This document shows, one piece after another, positions 42,730 to 58,056 of a stretch of DNA of 64,000 bases (positions are counted from its first letter, which is position 1; every line of letters begins with the position of its first letter). The notes beneath the pieces are model-generated. The model was not told the origin of the DNA. It searched no databases and saw only the letters and a list, made by a program, of their open reading frames with translations. A program made the translations under genes and the position numbers. Origin of the DNA: Octopus vulgaris (lineage: Eukaryota); assembly GCA_951406725.2 (NCBI GenBank), contig OX597823.1, positions 30,876,001 to 30,940,000 of the forward strand, read 5' to 3'.

Positions 42730-42965
42730 AAGGCGGCGAGCTGGCAGAAACGTTAGCACGCCGGGCGAAATGCGTAGCCGTATTTCGTCTGCCGTTACGT
42801 TCTGAGTTCGAATTCCGCCGAGGTCGACTTTGCCTTTCATCCTTTCGGGGTCGATTAAATAAGTACCAGTTACGCACTGGGGTCGATATAATCGACTTCA
42901 TCCGTTTGTCTGTTCTTGTTTGTCCTCTCTGAGTTTAGCCCCTTGTGGGTTGTAAAGAAAATAGG
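42730..42965 (+). mobile_element. SINE family A, near-intact monomer
   Basis: Intact A/B boxes; flanked by a probable TSD-like direct repeat (TAGGTGTATATACAT). Confidence 0.9.
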
Positions 42966-43101
42966 TGTATATACATAAGTATAGGTATAGGAGTAAAGTC
43001 CATACAATTTCTTTTGGTGAAATGTGTGTCTAAACACTTTTCAATTTGAATAAAAACCCCACCTTTTCTTTGTTAATATGTGTGTTGTATTGTGTTCTCT
43101 C

Positions 43102-43137
<36 letters not shown>

Positions 43138-43282
43138 TGTGTGTGTGTATGTTTTAGAGAAGGAAGGGTAGAGCCCACCTCAAATGGTTATTCCCTTTTA
43201 TTCACCTATTTGCATTTGTACCAACACCACATTTAAAATCTAATCATAGCAGCTTAGCGTCGATTTACCCTCGACACATGGC

Positions 43283-43790
<508 letters not shown>

Positions 43791-43845
43791 TATACAAATA
43801 ATATATAAATATGCATATATACATACGTATATGTACATATATCTA

Positions 43846-43951
<106 letters not shown>

Positions 43952-44110
43952 TATGTAGGCACAGGACGTCTATGTATTGTGAGAATATGGTTGTGTGTAT
44001 ATTTATATATACATATTTTATATATTTTTATATGTTTATTTTCTTTCTTTTTCCACCTATTAGAGTTACTCCTCTTATATTTTACGGCCTTTCGTAGCGT
44101 CTGTTGCCAT

Positions 44111-44172
44111 TAATAGCTGACGAGAATGTATCGTAGCTCTTCGCTCCGGCATTCGAAATTCCGAGTATTATA
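44111..44172 (+). ncRNA. Hammerhead ribozyme motif, canonical core
   Basis: AUAG-CUGACGA-GAAUG-loop-CAUUC-GAAA-UUCCGAG-UA-UUAU. Confidence 0.7.
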
Positions 44173-44209
44173 ATGACAACCCTTTACTGTTTGTTCTAAT
44201 TAATAACAC

Positions 44210-44619
<410 letters not shown>

Positions 44620-44623
<4 letters not shown>

Positions 44624-45050
44624 AAACCAGAAAGGCTTTGTAAATTACGAAGGGAAAGCTACTATGGAAGACTCATAGAATGATAATAAATGTATAATAA
44701 TATGTCATAATAATATATATTCTCCGATTTGAAGTGACAATTTTAAAATACAAACAAATTGTTATTATACTATGAGTTTTCCATATTAGCTTTCTCTCCG
44801 TAACTTACGAAGTATTTCTGGTCTATTTACAAATATCATAATTAGTATTAGACAGTTTAAGTATATATTCATTAAATTTGGCTGGTATTGATGGGTGGGC
44901 ATTTGGTCAATCGAATACGTAAGGAGCCCTGTAAGCGTCAATTTGTGGGTTCGATTCTGGCTAGGTTTAGCTCATCATTTTCCGGTCATTTGTTTGTATT
45001 TAAAAATTGTCGCTTCAAATCGGAGAGTATATATTATTATGGTATATTAT
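44620..45050. repeat. Overlapping imperfect inverted repeats
   Basis: 44625-44685 mirrors 44760-44825; 44705-44760 mirrors 44988-45043. Confidence 0.7.
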
Positions 45051-45774
45051 TATATAGTTATATATAATATTATCTAATAACGTTTAATAAATGTTGCTTA
45101 CTGCAAGTTATGGATGATCCTTTTATGACTTCATTGCTTTCAGGCTTAGCTTAAGGTATTTTCGCGCCCGACATCACAAAATGCGTCTGAATAAATATAG
45201 CCAGACAGCAAATAGGGACTCGGATATTGCTTAGAAAAGAATTTTCATTTTTAACCTCGCATATAGTACGCACTAGGGATTTTGACCTATAAATTTTGGG
45301 GAAAAAATGCGGATTATACTCGAGGATTTACGGTATGTTTTTACACAAATATATATATTTACATTATCTATCTGTATTAATGTTTGTTTTCATGTTCACT
45401 TATAATAAAAACAATTTTTTATTAATCTTGTGGGATACTCTATATTTTGTAGAGTATAAAGAATAATAGATATATTTCTTTCTCTCTCTCTTACCCCCTT
45501 CCTCTCTCTTTGCATGTATGTGCATATATGTCTGTGAATCTGCCGCCTAGAACTTCCCATATCGTTACTCAACCCTCGTTGCTCAACAAGCGCACAGTTG
45601 CCTAGGCCTCTCTCACTACACAAAATACTTAATGAAACGTGGCAATTCCCTTCAATACTGACCAAAGCACGACGTCATTAGAAGAGATCTAGATTGTTAT
45701 ACTGTACCGAGTGAACAAAAGCATCCAATCACATACTTTTTGTATACATCCAAGCACACACATTCGCGCACAAA

Positions 45775-45912
<138 letters not shown>

Positions 45913-45984
45913 ATCGTTTTGTCTGCCTGTCTCTGTCTCCCTGTTTTTTTTGTCTGTCTGTCTCTTTCTCTCTGTCTCTCTCTC

Positions 45985-46017
<33 letters not shown>

Positions 46018-46111
46018 TTATAGAAACATGCATACGTCTGTGTGCAGCTGTATATGTATAAAAAAATTAAACGTAATGCTATGCAACTCTGTAATAATCC
46101 TTATTATCATT

Positions 46112-46196
<85 letters not shown>

Positions 46197-46262
46197 CTAC
46201 AAGTGGATCGTTGGCGATTTTTCCTCCGTCTTCCTTTTCTCATGGACTTACTTCTGTCTCTT

Positions 46263-46297
46263 GTTTCTGAAGAAGAGCTTTGCCCGAAACGTAAAAC
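46263..46297 (+). ncRNA. Minimal hammerhead motif in short element 46195-46410
   Basis: GUUU-CUGAAGA-A-GAGC-UUU-GCCC-GAAA-CG-UA-AAAC. Confidence 0.7.
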
Positions 46298-46419
46298 ACC
46301 TTTTCTTTCCTTGCTTGAGCGTCTGCTAATTCTTTGCATGTACCACGTACTCGCGTTATTGTATTTTTCTTGTTACGTTTTCTCTTCGTTTTTTTTAAAA
46401 TTTTTATTAATTATATGTA

Positions 46420-47424
46420 CTAGCAAATCTACCCACCTACGATGGCAAATGAAAGGTGGGTTGAAAATAATAACAACGTGAATGTATGAATGTATTTATA
46501 CTGAAATATGGCATGGGAAATGTAACAAAATATAATGGTTGGTTTTGAGTCTACTTATGTACAGCTTTACGTAGAACATATTTATGATATTATTACGTTT
46601 ACAAAACTTCTTTGTCAGCGATATTTTGTGTTTGATCAATACTAATTTTCAGACTAGTTGAGTCTATTGCTCTGCTCATAGCGACATACAACTGGCCGAG
46701 TGTAAACCTCGGGGTGGATAGAAACACACCAACACGATCTAAAGTCTGGCCCTGAGACTTGTTAGCTGTGAATGAGAAGGCTAGTTTGATGGGGAAACTG
46801 CCTGTGTGGTAATTGGAATGGAAACCAGTTGTCGGAGGGAACCAGTGGTATCCGATGTATGAACAGAGACTTTCCACTTTGAGGGCCAATCGCTATGGCT
46901 GCGTCGATGACGTGAGAATTGAATTGCGTGACGGTGTATCTTGTTCCGTTGCAATGTCCATTGGCAGGGTCAGAATTTCGTAGGAGCATTATAGAACAGT
47001 ACTTTTTCAGTGAGATCCCATGCATAGGTACTCTCGATGGATTCAAGTTGTTAAGGAAATCCTATGGATACTGGTAATAATTTCCATCGACTATAGTGTC
47101 AGAACTTTCTCCTGGAGGTTGTTAATCATGTGGTCATTAGCAGTATTGTTTTTATTTATTTATTTTTTCTTCTGGATGCTGTACCAAATTGACATCATTG
47201 TAGAGAAAGTGTGTTGATGGGGTTAAAAGAAATGCGCGCGCGCATACACACAGACACACACACACACACACACACACGCACACTGTGTTTTTCTCTCTCT
47301 TTCTGTCTGTGTTTCTCTCTCTGTGTTTCTCTGTTTGTCTGTCTGTCTGTCACTCTCTCTCTCTCTGTCACACACTTTTTGTTTCGCACACCCCATCAAT
47401 GTGTTGATGGGGTAAAAGAAAACG

Positions 47425-47455
<31 letters not shown>

Positions 47456-47484
47456 GCACGCACGCACACACACACACGCACGCG

Positions 47485-47532
<48 letters not shown>

Positions 47533-48059
47533 GTGTCTTTCTCTCTGTTTGTATGTGTCTGTGTTTTTCTCTGCCTGTGTCTTTCTCTCTCTATCTCTGT
47601 CTTTCTCTCTTTCTCTGTATGTGTCTGTGTGTGTCTCTCATACACTTTATGTGTCTCTCATACACTTTGTGTGTCTCTCATATACTTTGTGTGTCGCACG
47701 CTCCATCAAAAGCCAGAACCGTTGTAGAGATAATAATGAAAGAAGAATTGAAAGTACTCTTTGAACTTTCATAAATGCTATATAGGTTTTTCTTTCTGTT
47801 TTGTTACTGTGACCGATTTCCGTATGATTTATCTTTATTTGTGTATTTTTATTTACGTATACGGAAATGGCTTCCTTAGTTTCGTACGAATGGAAGCAGT
47901 GTAGCAAGTCTTTACAATAAAATTTTTTAAACATATTATAAACCATTCTCGAGACGTCCTTAGTAAGACTGCCAAGTTTCGTGCAAGTGTAACCAGTCGT
48001 GTGGCTGTGAAAAGGTCACGGACAGACGGACGGACGGACGGACATAAGGCCAATTACAG

Positions 48060-48062
<3 letters not shown>
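46420..48062 (-). mobile_element. Deleted Helitron with Pif1-like helicase C-terminal remnant
   Basis: ORFs 46762-47046 and 46599-46889 give IMLLRN...CNGTR and FPIKLAFSFTANKSQGQTLDRVGV...GQLYVAMSR; 3' hairpin (ACCCACCT/AGGTGGGT) and CTAG at 46420-46423. The 5' end near the (CCGT)n region at about 48050 is inferred. Confidence 0.85.
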
Positions 48063-48133
<71 letters not shown>

Positions 48134-48164
48134 ATGTATCTTACTATAATGGGCGTTATGTCCC

Positions 48165-48315
48165 TCCGTCCGTCTGTCCTTGTTCCTTTCTGTTGAAGAG
48201 CGTAGGCTCGAAATGTAAAACACTTTCTCACCTACTCGAGCTTTAAACTAATACACCTGCTTGTTGTTTATATATCTGTTTTCATTTTTTGTTTTTCTTT
48301 TGTAATTTCCAACTG
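48165..48315 (+). mobile_element. Family H1 short element; hammerhead-like motif at 48186-48221
   Basis: CUGUUGA-A-GAGC-GUAG-GCUC-GAAA-UG-UA. Confidence 0.65.
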
Positions 48316-48766
48316 TATATATATACATATATTTCATCACTAATCTAAATAATATTGCTAGCCTGGTGTGCCAAGAGAGAGCTTATGAAGTATTTTGCCC
48401 GGATTGATAATCCCTCAGTATTAGCTATATTATTTCGGTTTTATTTGTTCTCCATTACACGTGTTTCATTTGCTAATAAGAATTACAAAGATTTACATGT
48501 TGTATAGACATGTCAAGAATTTCCTCTTTGAGGAATCGTCAGACAAAAACATTTTATGATAAAAATATCCATCAGTGTTTGTGCTGGTTTATGTACGTAT
48601 GAATATGTATGTTTGTGTGTATATATATATATATACATACACATACATACATATATATATATATGTGTGTGCGCATGTACGTAACATGTATTTGTATATA
48701 CAGTAAGAGTTAGTACGAGAGTATATGAGCGTTTGTATGTGTATGTATATGTACCTGTGTGAGTGA

Positions 48767-48822
<56 letters not shown>

Positions 48823-48842
48823 TTTTTACACGCACACACATA

Positions 48843-49692
48843 CAGGATGCAATGGTTAAATTGTCGCCATTTTATTATTTTTTTTTCGCGCATGCGAAAT
48901 TGTTTGTTTTTGATTTTGTCAACTGCACAGTATAGAAGAGTCAGTTGGGCACTGAGAAAAATGAGACAAGCAGCATCATGACGCAATTCACTCTACCAGA
49001 AATTTGGAAGCGACATACTGTACTGTTTGGTATTCGCACCGAAAGCTCCAATAGGAACGTTTCAGAGTGATTGGGTGTCAATCTGAGGACAGTGCATATA
49101 CCGAGAGTGATAAAGATCAAACATCCAGTCAACATCATGGTGTTTAGAGTGATTACTAGTGATGGCAACGTTATGCCTCCATTCATCTTTCTACACGCCC
49201 TCAGACTCAACATAGAGGCCTATATTAAGTGCCTGGAAGAAGTAGTACTGCATTGGGTCAAGAGGGTGGCTGCTGGAAGACCCTATGTCTGGCAACAAAC
49301 CTCTACACCATGCCACAAAGCAGGAGAACCAGTTATGGCTATTATATAATTACTACGACCACACCACCCCTAACACCTGGTCGCCTAACTCCCTAAACTG
49401 CAACCCTCTTGATTAATATTTGTGGGGCGCAGTTGAGCGAGAGATCAACAAAACTCCTTGAAACACCAATGATGAACTGAATGCAAGGATAATGGCAGTA
49501 TTCACCAACTTAAACAAGGAGACTGTAAAGAAGAGTTGCAGGAGACTCCGAAGTTGTGTGTAGGCCGTGGTTGAAGCCAATGGCGATTTTATTGAATAAA
49601 TTTAATCTTTAGTATTTCAAGATATTTAAAAAAATTATCTGTTAAGATGAGGTGTCAGTGTTATTTTCATTTTTGCATAATTTAGACGACTG
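48843..49692 (+). mobile_element. Tc1/mariner-superfamily remnant, probably maT/DD37D-like
   Basis: KHPVNIMVFRVITSDGNVMPPFIF...YVWQQ-STPCH...WSPNSLNCNPLD-YLWG; TA|CAGG start and partial matching right TIR. Confidence 0.8.
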
Positions 49693-49693
49693 T

Positions 49694-49761
<68 letters not shown>

Positions 49762-49807
49762 CACACACGAATATGTCTATGTGTGTATGTGTCTATGTAT
49801 ATATATC

Positions 49808-50000
49808 ATAAAAACATTTTAGTACCGATTTCAGTCAGTGATACTTCTTCAACTTTTAGTATGGAAAACAACTAAATTTTGGAAAAATTAAATGAAAAGT
49901 TTTTTAAAAGAATATTTGCATAGTGTTCAAATATAAGGAGCATTTTCCTTGTTTTTGCCTGTCTCTGTCTCACTTGTTGACCCTTGTGGGTTCTGACGAT
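49808..50000 (-). mobile_element. Family H2 terminal-repeat copy with degenerate hammerhead (49821-49854)
   Basis: Homologous to 31985-32175 and 57400-57595. Confidence 0.7.
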
Positions 50001-50131
50001 TTTCTAATAGGAAATTCGTTAATTATCTTGACAACATGTAAAGGTTTGTAACTCCTATTGACAAATGAAACACCTGTGATGGTGTTATGCATATATAAAT
50101 ATATGTATATATGTTTGTATGTACGTCTGTA

Positions 50132-50167
<36 letters not shown>

Positions 50168-50372
50168 CATGCAAACATACATATACACATATGAATACAA
50201 ATACGCATACGTGCACGCGCATATATACATATGTACATGTGTGTGTGTGTGTGTTTAACTGGCAGGATATTATGAGAGTTTCGTCGATGGCTCTTATCAG
50301 TTTCTCAGTTTAAGTGCTCTCGGTCCTTGACTTACATTTTGTAACTTTCAACCGGTGAAAATTAATAATGAT

Positions 50373-50416
<44 letters not shown>

Positions 50417-50420
50417 TAAT

Positions 50421-50493
<73 letters not shown>

Positions 50494-50892
50494 TTAATAA
50501 TAAATATATATATATGCTATTGAGTTCTCTCTCTCTTGCTTGCCCAACGTGATATGCATATAAAAATATATGTATGTATTCACATACACACACACACACA
50601 CAAATGCACACACACACTTGCACACACACACACACACACACACAAACACTCACACACACAAAGTCAAATTTTGTTTAATTTGCTTTGCGGGAAGGACTGT
50701 TTTAACGGAGTCGCATCTTGTCCCTACCCTCGGAATGTGGAGTAGATAAAACGGGACAACTGATGAAGGGAATTTTCTTTATGTTGCCTGTCTCGTTTCT
50801 CATTTTTGTCCCGTTTTTTTTAATGTCCTGTACCCATATTTGCATATATATGTACATATATATGTAGGTATGTACATATATGTAAGTATATA

Positions 50893-51406
<514 letters not shown>

Positions 51407-51434
51407 TATATATATATATATATATATAAATAAA

Positions 51435-51542
<108 letters not shown>

Positions 51543-51563
51543 TTTATATATATATATATATAC

Positions 51564-51649
<86 letters not shown>

Positions 51650-51679
51650 CGTATGTCCGTAAGTAGTATGCATGATTTA

Positions 51680-51810
51680 AAGTGGGGCGGTTATTCCTTG
51701 TTTGTTTTTCAAGTTACAGCCATTACTAACCAAGCAGTTCACTCCCCAACACCGCCCCTTCTATATATAAATCGCTGCGTGTGTTCTGGTCTTTTGTTCA
51801 GCTAATCGAA
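51680..51810 (+). promoter_or_regulatory. Possible pol II core promoter
   Basis: GC boxes GGGGCGG (about 51684) and CCGCCCC (about 51752), TATATAAA at 51764-51771 and TTCAGCT about 30-35 nt downstream, in unique sequence. Confidence 0.3.
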
Positions 51811-52336
51811 CACTGAGCGTTTCCCGTGAGATATTTTTGCTGAGCAAGTCATCCGTATAAGCGACAGAAAGCACAATTGTTTGTTGACTTGCAAAAACGA
51901 CGACGATGATGACGACGACGACGACGATAACAACAACAACAATAACAACAACATCAGTAACAATGTGTAGGATATTAACACCAACCTAAACAACTACGAT
52001 CAACTACGATGAAAATAAAGAATTGCGAAGGAAAATTTTAGAAAGAAAAAGAAAAAAATAAGGCGCAGGAGTAAGAAGTGGCGTATGGTAAGAAGTTTGC
52101 TTCCCAACCACATAGTTCTGTGTTCAAACCCACTGCATGACACCTTGGGCAAGTGTCTTCTACTATATCCTCGGGTCGACCAATATTTGTGAGTGGATTT
52201 CGTAGACGGAAACTGGAAGAAACTCGTCGTATACATGTGAGAATTTACAAAAAAAAAAAAAAAGAAACAAAAAACGAAGGTGGGTAGGTAAACAACAAAC
52301 AGATGTATTAGTTTAACGCTCGGGAAGTCAGAAAGT

Positions 52337-52372
52337 CTTTTACGTTTCGAGCCTACGCTCTTCGACAGAAAG
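52337..52372 (-). ncRNA. Hammerhead-like motif (A6U) of H1 element 52236-52438
   Basis: Reverse strand: CUUU-CUGUCGA-A-GAGC-GUAG-GCUC-GAAA-CG-UA-AAAG. Confidence 0.65.
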
Positions 52373-52460
52373 GAACACAGAAATAAACAAGTAGAGAAAA
52401 TAGAAAAGGTTTAGTGGCTAGCGATCGATCATGGCGAATATGTGTGTGTGTGTGTGTATG

Positions 52461-52562
<102 letters not shown>

Positions 52563-52760
52563 CTATATGTTACATATTTGTTGTATCATACCTTGATACT
52601 GTGTGAACTAAGATCCCCGTTGATAGGCTGCTGATATTTATACAGTGTTAAACAATTTCGGTATGCAAATTAGGGACCCCTTCATAGAGTAACTGCTGCA
52701 TTTGTTGAGTATATAAACAGTTTGGCTGCTTGTTTCTCTGGAGACTGTCAGAATGATGTA

Positions 52761-52810
52761 GACACCTCTGATGAAAACCCTATAAGATTCGAAAATCGAT
52801 TAAGGTTGTT
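52761..52810 (+). ncRNA. Minimal hammerhead ribozyme motif, canonical core
   Basis: ACCU-CUGAUGA-(decayed helix II)-GAAA-AUCGAU-UA-AGGU; palindrome AAUCGAUU. Confidence 0.7.
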
Positions 52811-52858
52811 CATCCTTTTCTTTCAGTCTGCTAAATCTGCTGTTTATAATTATACCAT

Positions 52859-52962
<104 letters not shown>

Positions 52963-53707
52963 TATATGTATGTATATATGTATACATATGTGTGTGTGTA
53001 TGTATATGTTTGTGTTTGTTACCCCACCATCGCTTAACAACCGATGATGTTGGTGTGTTTAATTCCCGTAATCTAGCGGTTCGGCAAATGACACCGATGG
53101 AATAAGTACTAGGCTTGCAAAGAATACGTCCTGGGGTCCATTGGCTCGACTAAAGGCAGTGCTCCAGCATGGCTGCAATCAAATGATTGAAACAAGTAAT
53201 AGAATAAATAAACAAGTGGAAATTGAACAGGTATGTCTGTTAATTAATAAGGCATTAAAACAGAATGACTCTCCTCAGGTACAACAAGAATTCATTAACG
53301 TTAATTATAAAGCAACGATCCAATGATGAAGTGACTACAACAGACGTGGTTAACTTCCGAGATATCAGTGGGGAATTGCGAATACACCTGTAATTATGCA
53401 GGTGTATCAAAGACGAGAAAGAAGTAATGAATTTTTAATTGCCCAAATTTATTTTGTGCAAGCGATTGGCCTTGTGGTTAAGGTGATGCACTCACGATTA
53501 TAATGAACTCGTTGTTTTGATTCTTGAGCAAATCACTTCATTTCACGTTCTTTCACTCCGCTCAGGTGTAAATGAATTTCTGCCAATCACGGGGAAGTTA
53601 AACCTGCGACGGACTGGCTTCCTGTTCCGGGGGAGTGTTGTCATTTCAGTCATTTATACGTCATGGAAACTGGGATAAGCTCCGACCTCATCATATTCGT
53701 CTCGTCG

Positions 53708-53746
<39 letters not shown>

Positions 53747-53926
53747 CCATCGTCGTCGTCGTCGTCATCGTTAACAACAGCAACTTACGCTTGAATTGAG
53801 TGCGATGGACTTCATCCCCGTCTTCTCAACACCGGCATCCGTCACCCTAGTTTATACTAACCACTTCATAGTTTATCTTCTCACAAGTCGTTTCCTGGAT
53901 GAAGACTTGGCGGTTAACATGCAGTC

Positions 53927-54453
53927 TACCGTCGTAAAAAGTGAAAGTAAATTGCCCTAAAAAATGAAAGTAAATTGCCATAGAAACCGGGATTGATGGC
54001 AGTGACAAACCAAAATTTCATAGAAAAGATTATAAAGAACTTCCCAAAATTCCATGTCCTCGGGTATCCACGAGTATAATACCTTCAAGTCCTAATTATT
54101 TCAGAAATAACAGCTAAGGTTACACCATTCCAACGTAATATACCCATCAACGAACACTATTGAGAAGGCAGTTCGGTGGCTTGTATTCCAACGCATGATA
54201 GCCAACAGTGACATGGCAAAAGTGCAATAATCTTGCAGGATTAATGAGAAGCAGAGTAAAAACCAACAAGAAACGGTGGCGATGTTCCTGTGAATTCACT
54301 CCGACTATTCCTTTTTCTACAAGGCCCATTTAACTCTACCAATATAATTCGCTAATATGCATCTGGGTAACACACTGTCGTTGTTTCCAGTTTGTACCGC
54401 AATTTACTTTCATGTCTTTAGGACAATTTACTTCCACTTTTTTTACGGCGGGA
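53927..54453. mobile_element. MITE-like element with about 50-bp imperfect inverted ends
   Basis: CCGTCGTAAAAAGTGAAAGTAAATTGCCCTAAA... mirrored by ...TTTAGGACAATTTACTTCCACTTTTTTACGGCGG. Confidence 0.6.
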
Positions 54454-54716
54454 AACTTCATGTCATCTGACTTAGCTTCCCGCTCCACTAATTCCTATCG
54501 GTTACATAACTCCGCTGCTGGTTTTGAATGTTTGTCTCCCAGTGTAATGTGCAAAGAAACTACAGTCACCAAAACGTAACGTAATCACCAATCGTTATCA
54601 ACGATACGCTAAGACTTGAACATTACTTTTAATCTAAATGTTGACGGTCATAAAGATGAAAACGGTAAGGCAAGACGAAACTAATCGAAATGAGAGGCAA
54701 GAATATCAAAAGAACC

Positions 54717-54757
<41 letters not shown>

Positions 54758-54912
54758 AGTATCAAAAGCTTCTCCTAGATTTTATAAAAGAGTAAATCTG
54801 ATAGTCGCAAGTCCAGTCCTTCATCTTATAAATGTGCGAGTAGACACACACGCACATACACACATGCACACACATACACATACAAACACCATACACACAC
54901 ATGTCTGAAACT

Positions 54913-55253
54913 CGCAGGGGTGCTGTGTTGTAAATAGCTTGCTTACCAACCACATGGCTCTGGGTTCAGTTCCACTGCGTGGTACTTTAGGCAAGTGTAT
55001 TCTTCTATAGCCTTGGGCCGATCAAAGCCTTGTGAGTGGATATGGTAGATGGAAACTGAAAGAAACCTGTCGTATATGTATGTATGTGTGTGAGAGTTTG
55101 TCCCCCCCAACCATCGCTTGATAACTGATGTTGGTGCGTTTGCGTCCACGTAGCTTAGCGGTACGGCAAAAAGAGACCGATAGAATAAGTACTAGGCTTA
55201 CAAAGAATAAGTCCTGGGGTCAAATGACTGAAACAAATAAAAGAATAAAAGAA
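54913..55253 (+). mobile_element. SINE family B
   Basis: Homology to other copies; small internal deletion near the 3' end. Confidence 0.85.
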
Positions 55254-55359
55254 TATACATCTACGGTAATTAAGTGCCGAGTCAATAACAGGTCGCTAAA
55301 CACCAACACGTTAAGATGTGACAGTAAATCCAGAAGGAGAAAGCTCGCATGCATATGGG

Positions 55360-55736
55360 AAGCACTCCGTCGGTTACGACGACGAGGGTTCCGGTTGATC
55401 CGAATCAACGGAACAGCCTGCTCGTGAAATTAACGTGTAAGTGGCTGAGCACTCCACAGACACGTGTACCCTTAACGTAGTTCTAGGGGATATTCAGCGT
55501 GACACAGAGAGTGACAAGGCCGGCCCTTTGAAATACAGGTACAACAGAAACAGGAAGTAAGAGTGAGAGAAAGTTGTGGTGAAAGAGTACAGCAGGGATC
55601 ACCACCATCCCCTGCCGGAGCCACGTGGAGCTTTAGGTGTTTTCGCTCAATAAACACTCACAACGCCCGGTCTGGGAATCGAAACCGCGATCCTAAGACC
55701 GCGAGTCCGCTGCCCTAACCACTGGGCCATTGCGCA
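55360..55736 (-). mobile_element. SINE family C, full length
   Basis: Reverse complement matches 57691-58040 along its length. Confidence 0.9.
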
Positions 55737-56744
55737 GCTGAAATAATCCAGAGGAGCAAAGTAGATTTAAAATAAAAGTAAATGCGTAAGTTTCACATAT
55801 AGGTCATTGTTCAATTTATATTTACAGCTGTTTCATTGGAAATAAACACCATTAATTCTATAATTATGCAATTAAGATAATTTATATAAACCTAAATTAA
55901 ATTTAAAGCAATGTTTATTCAACATGATTATGAATAATACGGGTCATGCTACCATAAATCATCATGTGTGTGTGTGAACGTGCGTGCGCTCGTGCACAAT
56001 AAATTCGCCATGACATAATTATTAGCTAATATCTTACTAAAAAAATCTTGTGACCCACTAAATTTGTAATGAACCGGCGCTTGTAACAAACTAAAACCTT
56101 TGACCTAGACCCAGATAAATGTAAGCTCCAAATAAACTTTAGCATAAAATTAAGAGTCAATAGAGAGATTTAAACCAAGTTTAATCCCATACGAATGAAC
56201 GGAAGAACCCTAAACAATATGGACTATAAATTGGGGGTGCATCGATATGCCGAACATCATAAAATACACAAAAGTTTGAGCCAAAAATGGTGCATGTATA
56301 TAAATGCATAAACATTACCATAACAGTCTAATCTAAAAAGACGTTGGCATCCATCATCAGCTGACAAATAGAAAATCGTTATGGTTTCGGCACCAAGTAG
56401 TATCGCTCAGTAAAAAGCGTTCAAGGCATCAAAATTATTCAAACACTACCTTTTGAAATTACAACACGTAACAACAACAACGATAACAATAACAGCAGTA
56501 ATAACAGTAACAGCAGCAATAATAACATCAACAACAACACATGTACAAATGTATGTATATTTCCGAAAGAACAATATAAAAATATAAACAAATGTAACCA
56601 ACCTGGAACCTAAAATGATTAATGCCTAAAACTTGCCAACGAATAAACAAGTACCTAATGAACTAAACTAGAATGAAAAGGGAATAAACTCAATTAGAAT
56701 GGAATTAAATAAAAAATCTAAGACATTATATTGGTGTTAAAGAA

Positions 56745-57053
56745 GCATTTCGTCGGTTACGACGACGAGAGTCACAGCTGGTACGATCAACGGAACTGCC
56801 TGTTGCTCGTGAAATTAACGTGCAAGTGGTTGAGCACTCCATAGACACGTGCACCCTTAACGTAGTTCTCGGGGAGATTCAGCGTGACACATAGTGTGAC
56901 AAGGCTGGCTCCTTTGAAATACTCACTTTTGTCAGTCGAGTTGACTGGGGCAACGTAAAATAAAGTGTCTTGCTCAAGGACACAACGTGTCGCCGGGAAT
57001 TGAACTCACAACCTTACAATCTTGAGACGAATGCCCCTAACCACTAAACCACG
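56745..57053 (-). mobile_element. SINE with family C 3' tail but a different head and core
   Basis: Tail matches 55360-55535; head GTGGTTTAGTGGTTAGGG...GAGTTCAATTCCCGG with GTGTCCTTGAGCAAGACACTT core. Confidence 0.7.
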
Positions 57054-57280
57054 GTAAGAGAATAAAATAAACTTATTAAAATTACAACCAGCGTAATGAA
57101 AAATCACGAATTGTAAATAAACAGAAAATTAACATATCTTTTATCTTTGACTTGCTTCTGTCATTAGACTGAAATGATAGTGAGGACCGCCTTGAATAAC
57201 TTTTAGTCGAATGAATCGATACAGGTACAAGGACACACGTACATATAGATACACACACATACGCACATACACACACACAC

Positions 57281-57362
<82 letters not shown>

Positions 57363-57368
<6 letters not shown>

Positions 57369-57594
57369 AAATAAGTCAAGATAGAAAATGCTAAAATAAT
57401 TTTATAAAGAACATTTCAGTACCGGTTTCAGTCATTTTGAGACCTTTTCAACTGTAACGATTAAATAATTAAATTTAGAAAAATTAAAGGAAATGATTTT
57501 TTAAAGGAATATTTGTATAGTGTTCAAATATAAGTGGCATTTTCCTTGTTTCTGCCTTGCTCTGTCTCTCTTGTTCACACTTGTGGGTTCGAGG

Positions 57595-57597
<3 letters not shown>
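57363..57597 (-). mobile_element. Family H2 solo terminal repeat; hammerhead at 57417-57454
   Basis: Reverse strand: CAG-UUGAAAA-GGUC-loop-GACU-GAAA-CCGG-UA-CUG; (TA)n on both flanks. Confidence 0.75.
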
Positions 57598-57650
<53 letters not shown>

Positions 57651-57656
57651 CAGAAA

Positions 57657-57690
<34 letters not shown>

Positions 57691-57695
<5 letters not shown>

Positions 57696-58040
57696 GCAAT
57701 GGCCCAGTGGTTAGGGCAGCGGACTTGCGGTTGTAGGATCGCAGTTTCGGTTTACAGACTGGGCATTGTGAGTGCTTATTGAGCGAAAACACCTAAAGCT
57801 CCACGAGCCTCCTGCAGTGGGTGGTGGTGAACCTTGCTGTACTCTTTCAGCATAACTTTCTCTCACTCTTTCTTCCTGTTTCTGTTGTCACACGCTGTGC
57901 CACGCTGAATCTCCCTGAGAACTACGTTAAGAGTACACGTGTCTGTGGAATGTTCAGCCACTTACACGTTAATTCCACGAGCAGGCTGTTCCGTTGATCG
58001 GATCAACTGGAACCCTCGTCGTCGCAACCGACTGAGTGCC
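57691..58040 (+). mobile_element. SINE family C
   Basis: tRNA-like head and complete tail. Confidence 0.9.
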
Positions 58041-58056
58041 ACGATATATATATATA

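Noticed and set aside
46599-47046. Cellular PIF1 helicase gene
   Set aside because: Frameshifted, intronless fragment followed by a Helitron hairpin and CTAG end.
50720-50775. Possible permuted hammerhead around CTGATGA (also 14700-14760, minus strand)
   Set aside because: No intact GAAA/UH or consistent helices in either copy.
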